DNA from: Candidatus Kuenenia stuttgartensis | GTDB taxonomy: Bacteria; Planctomycetota; Brocadiia; Brocadiales; Brocadiaceae | Direction of reading: 5' to 3' | NCBI RefSeq assembly: GCF_900232105.1 | Contig: NZ_LT934425.1 | Coordinates: 1,350,001 to 1,382,000 of the forward strand | DNA length: 32,000 nt | Shown here: positions 26,528-32,000 of the stretch, piece by piece | Layout: every line of letters starts with the position of its first letter | Numbering within the stretch: position 1 is the stretch's first letter | Notes under the pieces: generated by a model | Database searches by the model: none | The model's input: the letters and a program-made list of their open reading frames with translations, nothing else | What the model was told of the DNA's origin: nothing | Translations under genes and position numbers: made by a program

Positions 26528-27355
26528 ATGGAAAATCCGCAGAAAGATACATTTTTCAGAAAATACAAAAGGCTTTTAAAAGAAGAAGGATTCTTTAGTG
26601 CAGTCCGCAACAGCGTCTTTCGGTCAAAAGTATGGGAGTCTGTTTTCCGGCATGGTTTTTCAGACACGCCTAAAAACAGGATGTTAAAGGTCATTTCCAA
26701 TGTTTTCCTCCATTTGCATCCCGCAAAGGTAAAACGACACGCACCGCAATTTAAGTTTACATGGTGTATGGGGGGCATTAGCTTCTTCCTGTTTTTAACG
26801 CTTACAGTTACCGGCGTACTATTGATGTTTTATTACCGGCCTACGGTACATGATGCGTATTGGGATATAAAAGATCTTGAATATCAGGTGCCGTTTGGGG
26901 CATTACTGAGGAATCTGCATCGATGGGCAGCGCATTTAATGGTAATTACGGTGTGGCTGCATATGTTTCGCGTTTTTGCAACGGGTTCGTATAAACCGCC
27001 AAGAGAATTTAATTGGTGTGTCGGCGTTGTTCTGCTGGTGGTTACCCTTCTCCTGAGCTTTACCGGTTATTTGCTTACATGGGATCAATTGGGTTTCTGG
27101 GCTGTTACGGTCGGAACAAACATGGCGCGTTCCACTCCATTGCTTGGCCATGAAGGACCTTTCGGGGAACAATTGGGTATGACCGCCCACAATGATATAC
27201 GTTTTGCCCTTCTGGGCGGTTCGCTGGTTGGAAGTAATGCGTTATTAAGGGCGTATGTATGGCATTGCATAGGACTTCCATTAATTATCAGCATATTTAT
27301 GATGGTGCATTTCTGGCGAATTCGCAAAGACGGAGGCATATCAGGGCCGCTTTGA
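26528..27355 (+). CDS. Cytochrome b N-terminal (b6-like) subunit
   Basis: [70 protein letters not shown]...[33 protein letters not shown]. Confidence 0.95.
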   Translation: MENPQKDTFFRKYKRLLKEEGFFSAVRNSVFRSKVWESVFRHGFSDTPKNRMLKVISNVFLHLHPAKVKRHAPQFKFTWCMGGISFFLFLTLTVTGVLLMFYYRPTVHDAYWDIKDLEYQVPFGALLRNLHRWAAHLMVITVWLHMFRVFATGSYKPPREFNWCVGVVLLVVTLLLSFTGYLLTWDQLGFWAVTVGTNMARSTPLLGHEGPFGEQLGMTAHNDIRFALLGGSLVGSNALLRAYVWHCIGLPLIISIFMMVHFWRIRKDGGISGPL

Positions 27356-27380
27356 TAGTGTTATTTATCGATTTCAAATT

Positions 27381-27536
27381 ATGGAAAATATATGGGCTAT
27401 TATAACTAAACCGGATAACATCCCCATTGTGGCATTGATCTTTTTGCTGTGTATCTTCTCCTTTATTACCTTTCAGCAGGCATTCAGAAACGATCGAAGG
27501 CTGAAACAAGAGGAACGCCGGAAAGGAGAACAGTGA
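27381..27536 (+). CDS. 51-aa small membrane protein in the bc1-type operon
   Basis: MENIWAIITKPDNIPIVALIFLLCIFSFITFQQAFRNDRRLKQEERRKGEQ*, a single TM between cytochrome b and the flavoprotein; below the length cutoff of the ORF track. Confidence 0.7.
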   Translation: MENIWAIITKPDNIPIVALIFLLCIFSFITFQQAFRNDRRLKQEERRKGEQ

Positions 27537-27539
27537 TCT

Positions 27540-29240
27540 ATGGAATACACGCTTATCAAGACAGATGATCATTGGTTTCGGCAAAATATCAATTGCCAGT
27601 ACGCATGTCCCGTCAACACTCCCGCAATGAATTATATAGAACTTATTGCCGAGGAGAATTTCGATGCATCATTAAACCTTAATTTTATGGCAAATCTCTT
27701 TCCCCCTATTCTCGGAAGGGTTTGCACCCATCCTTGCGAAACCGCGTGCAGGAGAGGAGCAATTGACAGCCCCATTGCCATATGCACTCTGAAAAGAAGT
27801 GCCGCTGATTTTGCCCTTCATCCATTTCCCCAAAAAAAAGTTGCCGTTAAAAAAACCGGCAAACGCATCGCAATTATTGGTTCAGGCCCATGCGGCCTTG
27901 CGGCAGCCCATGATTTAGCGGTAAAGGGGCACGATGTTATTATATATGAAGCGCTGCCGGTTGCAGGGGGCATGCTCAGTGTGGGAATCCCCCCCTATCG
28001 TCTGCCGCGCAGCATAATAGAGAATACGCTACAATGGATAAAGGGGTTTGGCGTTGAAATCCTTATAAACACACCGGTAAACACGCCGGAAAAGTTTGAG
28101 GAACTCTTACAGACATTTGACGCCGTGTACATTGCCGCCGGCGCACATAAATCATCCCGCATGGATATTCCCGGCGAAGACCTGGAAGGGGTAATACATG
28201 GCGTTTCCTTTATGAAAGAAACCAACCTTGGCACAATAAAAAACGTTCCGAAAAGCGTGGTGGTGATCGGGGGCGGCTTCACAGCTATCGATTGCGCACG
28301 TACATCTCTAAGGCTGGATGCCGGAAAGGCATCGATTGTGTATCGGAGAACCAGGGAAGAAATGCCGGCGGGCGAGATGGAGGTTCAAATGGCGGAAGAA
28401 GAGGGCATTGAAATGCTTTGCCTGACTTCTCCTGTCAGGCTGATTGGAAAAGACGGAAAAGTTACGCATATAGAATGTGTAAGGAATGAACCTGGCAAAC
28501 CCGATGAATCCGGACGCCGCAGACCGGAGGTTATTGAAGGGAGCAATTTTACCATACCTGTAGATTTGGTTATCCCCGCCATCGGGCAGGCGCCGGATAT
28601 TGTATTCCTTTCAGAACGACTGGGCGTAAAGGTCAACAAATGGGGGATGCCTTTAATTGATGAAACAGGCATGACGTCACGGAAAGGGGTATTTGCAGGC
28701 GGAGACTGCGTGACGGGACCCCGCAATGTAATTGAGGTGATTGCTGACGGAAGAAAGGCGGCAGGTTCGATACATACTTTTTTGACCGGACAGGAAAAGG
28801 GAGATTATCAATTTTATTATAAACACCAAAGCCCTTCAAAAAGAGTCTCCGATTATGAAGTAGCTCCCAGACAAAAGCAGGAATCGCTTCCCCTGGACAA
28901 AAGAGGCTGCTTAGACGCCGAATCAGAACTGGGATTTTCCATGGAGAATACCCTGAAAGAGGCAAATCGCTGCCTGCTTTGTCATTACAATATATTTATC
29001 GATGAGAAGTGCATATTATGCGGCGGTTGCATCGATGTTTGCCCTTACAATTGCATATCGATGGTTTCGCGTGAAAATATTTCGTTGCCAGATTCCTTAC
29101 GCAATGAAGAAAACATCCCCGAAGAATGGGATGCCGCAATGATAATAGATGAAGAAAAGTGTATCCGGTGCGGATTGTGCGTTAAACGTTGCCCCACAAG
29201 GGCAATTACCATGAAACGCTTCGCCTATTCAGAGGGGTAA
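27540..29240 (+). CDS. NAD(P)/FAD Fe-S oxidoreductase (GltD-like with C-terminal 2x[4Fe-4S] ferredoxin domain)
   Basis: N-terminal Cys cluster CQYACPVNTP...CTHPCETACRRG; FAD site IAIIGSGPCGLAAAHDLAVKGHDVIIYE; second dinucleotide site VVVIGGGFTAIDCAR; CILCGGCIDVCPYNC and CIRCGLCVKRCP. Confidence 0.95.
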   Translation: MEYTLIKTDDHWFRQNINCQYACPVNTPAMNYIELIAEENFDASLNLNFMANLFPPILGRVCTHPCETACRRGAIDSPIAICTLKRSAADFALHPFPQKKVAVKKTGKRIAIIGSGPCGLAAAHDLAVKGHDVIIYEALPVAGGMLSVGIPPYRLPRSIIENTLQWIKGFGVEILINTPVNTPEKFEELLQTFDAVYIAAGAHKSSRMDIPGEDLEGVIHGVSFMKETNLGTIKNVPKSVVVIGGGFTAIDCARTSLRLDAGKASIVYRRTREEMPAGEMEVQMAEEEGIEMLCLTSPVRLIGKDGKVTHIECVRNEPGKPDESGRRRPEVIEGSNFTIPVDLVIPAIGQAPDIVFLSERLGVKVNKWGMPLIDETGMTSRKGVFAGGDCVTGPRNVIEVIADGRKAAGSIHTFLTGQEKGDYQFYYKHQSPSKRVSDYEVAPRQKQESLPLDKRGCLDAESELGFSMENTLKEANRCLLCHYNIFIDEKCILCGGCIDVCPYNCISMVSRENISLPDSLRNEENIPEEWDAAMIIDEEKCIRCGLCVKRCPTRAITMKRFAYSEG

Positions 29241-29281
29241 TATTTCTATAAAAATACGTTGGCTGATCACTGCAAAAAAAA

Positions 29282-29410
29282 GCAGGGGCGAAGCATTTGC
29301 CGTAAATTGTCATAAATACATTCATACCCAAACGGGCAAATGCTTCGCCCCTACCCTATGCGACAAACATCGCTATTATTGGAATTTTTCAAAAAACTAA
29401 AGTGTTGCAA
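29282..29410 (+). repeat. Dispersed repeat family 2, copy 3 (TIR core 29282-29354), inside the bc1-type operon
   Basis: GCAGGGGCGAAGCATTTGCC...GGGCAAATGCTTCGCCCCTAC, then ATTATTGGAATTTTTCAAAAAACTAAAGTGTTG. Confidence 0.9.
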
Positions 29411-29460
29411 AAAATGTAACAGCGGCAAAAACAGATTGAAGACCTTTTTACGAAACAGAT

Positions 29461-30294
29461 ATGAGTAATAGCGAGGAAAATAAAGAAAAGAAAGACCGGC
29501 ATCGCGCCCTTGCCTTTATAAAAGGCAAGACGTTTGCCAGGGAAAAAGATATTGATATATCGGAAGATGAAATAGCCACATGGCCATTCTTGATAAGAAA
29601 AGAGTTCCTGGCGGCTATTATTTGCACAATCATACTCATCGTCTGGTCTGTCCTGTTTGACGCTCCCCTTGAAGAAATTTCAGACCCTACCATGACTCCA
29701 AATCCTGCAAAGGCACCCTGGTATTTTCTGGGATTGCAGGAAATGCTTGTTTATTTTGACCCATGGATTGCCGGCGTTATTTTCCCGATGCTGATAATTG
29801 CCGGGTTAATGGTCATTCCCTATGTGGATAGTAATCCAAAGGGGAATGGTTATTATACCTTTAAAGAAAGAAAATTTGCGATGCTGACCTTTTGCTTTGG
29901 GTTTCACGTCTTATGGATATTGCTGATCATCGTCGGGGTGTTTATGCGTGGACCAGGCTGGTTGTGGTTTTGGCCATGGCATGAGTGGGACCCACATCGG
30001 GTTGTTGCGGAAACAAATTATGATCTGACCAGCCTTATAGGGATCAGGTCGAATTCTTTGCCGGGCTTTATGCTTGGCGGGTTAGTGTTGTTTGGTTATT
30101 TTTATTTGGGGATATCCTTCCCCTACCGGTTTTTAAAACGCAGAAAAAGTTTGGCTATAGAGAAGCTCGGGTTCATTAGATATACAATCGTTGCCTTCCT
30201 CTTTCTCTGCATGATGGCGCTTCCGATAAAAGTATGCCTGCGATTGGTGTTTCACATAAAATATATCTGGGTGACCCCCTGGTTTAACATATAA
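29461..30294 (+). CDS. Cytochrome b C-terminal (subunit IV-like) subunit
   Basis: LDISEDEIATWPFLIRKEFLAAIICTIILIVWSVLFDAPLEEISDPTMTPNPAKAPWYFLGLQEMLVYFDPWIAGVIFPMLIIAGLMVIPYVD (subunit IV signature, PxxxxPxxKAPWYFLGLQE). Confidence 0.95.
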   Translation: MSNSEENKEKKDRHRALAFIKGKTFAREKDIDISEDEIATWPFLIRKEFLAAIICTIILIVWSVLFDAPLEEISDPTMTPNPAKAPWYFLGLQEMLVYFDPWIAGVIFPMLIIAGLMVIPYVDSNPKGNGYYTFKERKFAMLTFCFGFHVLWILLIIVGVFMRGPGWLWFWPWHEWDPHRVVAETNYDLTSLIGIRSNSLPGFMLGGLVLFGYFYLGISFPYRFLKRRKSLAIEKLGFIRYTIVAFLFLCMMALPIKVCLRLVFHIKYIWVTPWFNI

Positions 30295-30317
30295 TTTTCT
30301 ATTATTTACGTGTGATT

Positions 30318-32000
30318 ATGGAAACCGGAAAAGTACGAAAAAAAGAAAAGAGAGAAGAGGAAAAGTCCTATTCGGCGGCGTTTGCGGTTGTAAGCTTTAT
30401 CCTTGCTGCAGTTGCCTTGTGGGCAGTAGTGAATGAAGTAGTTGACAGACGGCCATGGAAAAAATATCAAAAGAAATTTTATCAGTTGGAATATGAAAAA
30501 GCAGGGGAAGAATACACAAAGTCAGTCGCCATTTTCGAGAGTCCCGAAGTACAAAAAAAATATACGGAGGCAAAAGAAAACCTGAAACATGCACAGGATG
30601 CCTTCATTGCTCCAGCAGTACAGAAGGAGTATCAAAACCTGTTAACCGAAGAAAAGCGCGCCGGACAGGAAGTCGAGTCATTGAAATTTCTGTCCGTGGT
30701 GGCACGAAATAAAATCTCTGAGAAAGAATACCTTTATGGGAAAACGCAGAATGAACAATTGAAAGAAGAAATAGCTGCGCTGGAAAAAGAAAATGAAGAA
30801 CGTGCCATGAAACGGAAGGTGGCTGAAAACCGGCTTGCATTAATCAGGACAAGGCAGGGAGAATTGAAAAAAGATGTTATAACTTATACAAATGAATTAG
30901 ATTCATACACTTCGGGAGTAGCGTATAGCAAAAACAAATTAAATAAATTCAAAACAGCACGTACAGGTCTCCAGGTATACCAAACCTATCTGGAAGATAT
31001 AAATATAGTTGATCGATGCATGTCCTGCCACCCCGGCATAGATAAACCTGAAAGTGTTTCAGAAGAACAGCCATATGCAAGCCATCCCGACAGACAATTA
31101 TATCTGGGAAATCACCCGCCTGAAAAATTTGGCTGCGTTTTATGCCACGAAGGACAATCAAGCGCAACATCAGGGGTGAAAAAAGCGCACGGAGAGGTTG
31201 AATACTGGCTTACTCCAATATACCGCGGTGTCGTTGCGCAGGCCTCATGCATCAGATGCCATAATGGTGTAAGGGAAGTAAAGGGGGCAGAGGTACTTTG
31301 GGAAGGGAAAAAGTTATTCGGGGAACTTGGTTGTTATGGTTGCCATGATACAGAAGGTTTTGGAGAGTATAAGGACAGAATTATAGGTCCCGGTTTGCGT
31401 AATATTAAAAACAAGGTAAAACCCGGATGGTTAACTGACTGGATAAGAGATCCAAAGGCTTTCAGGCCAACCACCCGAATGCCGGACTTTAAATTGTCCG
31501 AAGAAGAATCCCGTGCAATAGCAGCATATCTATGGCAACACGCTGACAATGCGGAAGACGATAATGACGAAATAATCCGGCTTACCGGGGAAGAGTACGA
31601 ACGTGGCGATTTCCTTTTTGAACAAACAGGCTGTTTGGCATGCCATAGTTATGAAGAAGGGGCGGAAAGAACGTTTGCCCCCAATCTGGCAAAGACTGGC
31701 GCAAAGATGCGCGATATGTATCTGGTTGAATGGATACTCAATCCAAAAAGTAAAGAACCACTTACAAGGATGCCAAATTTCAGGATAGACGACGTAAATG
31801 CCCGCCTCATCGCCGGATATTTAATAGGCAAAACAAAACAACCTTCTGACGATGATGAAACTAAGAATATTGAATGGTTAACAGACAAAAACAAGGCGCG
31901 CACGGGCGAGGCTTTAATCAAAAGATATGGCTGTTTTGGATGCCATGAAATTAAGGGCATGGAAGGACTTGGCAAAATTGGCGCAGAATTGTCCGATATC
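30318..32000 (+). CDS. Membrane-anchored multiheme cytochrome c, 3' end outside window
   Basis: Frame 3 open from ATG 30318 to the window edge: METGKVRKKEKREEEKSYSAAFAVVSFILAAVALWAVVNEVV..., six CXXCH motifs (CMSCH, CVLCH, CIRCH, CYGCH, CLACH, CFGCH). Absent from the ORF track, probably because no stop codon lies inside the window. Confidence 0.95.
   Translation, partial: METGKVRKKEKREEEKSYSAAFAVVSFILAAVALWAVVNEVVDRRPWKKYQKKFYQLEYEKAGEEYTKSVAIFESPEVQKKYTEAKENLKHAQDAFIAPAVQKEYQNLLTEEKRAGQEVESLKFLSVVARNKISEKEYLYGKTQNEQLKEEIAALEKENEERAMKRKVAENRLALIRTRQGELKKDVITYTNELDSYTSGVAYSKNKLNKFKTARTGLQVYQTYLEDINIVDRCMSCHPGIDKPESVSEEQPYASHPDRQLYLGNHPPEKFGCVLCHEGQSSATSGVKKAHGEVEYWLTPIYRGVVAQASCIRCHNGVREVKGAEVLWEGKKLFGELGCYGCHDTEGFGEYKDRIIGPGLRNIKNKVKPGWLTDWIRDPKAFRPTTRMPDFKLSEEESRAIAAYLWQHADNAEDDNDEIIRLTGEEYERGDFLFEQTGCLACHSYEEGAERTFAPNLAKTGAKMRDMYLVEWILNPKSKEPLTRMPNFRIDDVNARLIAGYLIGKTKQPSDDDETKNIEWLTDKNKARTGEALIKRYGCFGCHEIKGMEGLGKIGAELSDI

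Noticed and set aside
1-32000. tRNA, rRNA, CRISPR or a canonical defence island
   Set aside because: No cloverleaf/CCA-type or rRNA-like sequence and no short spaced repeats recognised by eye; an Infernal/tRNAscan run would be needed to exclude small RNAs.

Overview
The 32 kb window looks like the chromosome of an anammox-type planctomycete (Kuenenia/Brocadia-like; this is inferred from gene content, no search was run). Intact features: a 5'-truncated HExxH peptidase/TPR protein; a cache-domain sensor-like protein; a 1413-aa RCC1 protein built of three Fn3-like + 7-blade units; a glycine-rich RRM protein; a long GreA-domain protein; a MOFRL-family glycerate kinase; a GAF-PAS histidine kinase and single-domain response regulator; an FHA-TM-trypsin protein with no standard start codon; a Reeler-like protein with a CX4CH motif; fructose-bisphosphatase and class II aldolase; and a Rieske/split-cytochrome b operon that includes an Fe-S flavoprotein and a multiheme cytochrome c running off the 3' end and missing from the ORF track. 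Intergenic space holds several dispersed palindromic repeat families and decayed genes: a P-II (GlnB/GlnK) C-terminal remnant, a CsgG-like multidomain gene and an outer-membrane beta-barrel gene. I see no CRISPR array, transposase, rRNA or tRNA. The strongest candidates for follow-up are the FHA-protease operon with its non-canonical start, the repeat families (one copy inside the bc1-type operon, one abutting a stop codon), and the P-II remnant between inverted repeats. No defence-like or clearly new multi-gene system can be demonstrated from sequence alone.
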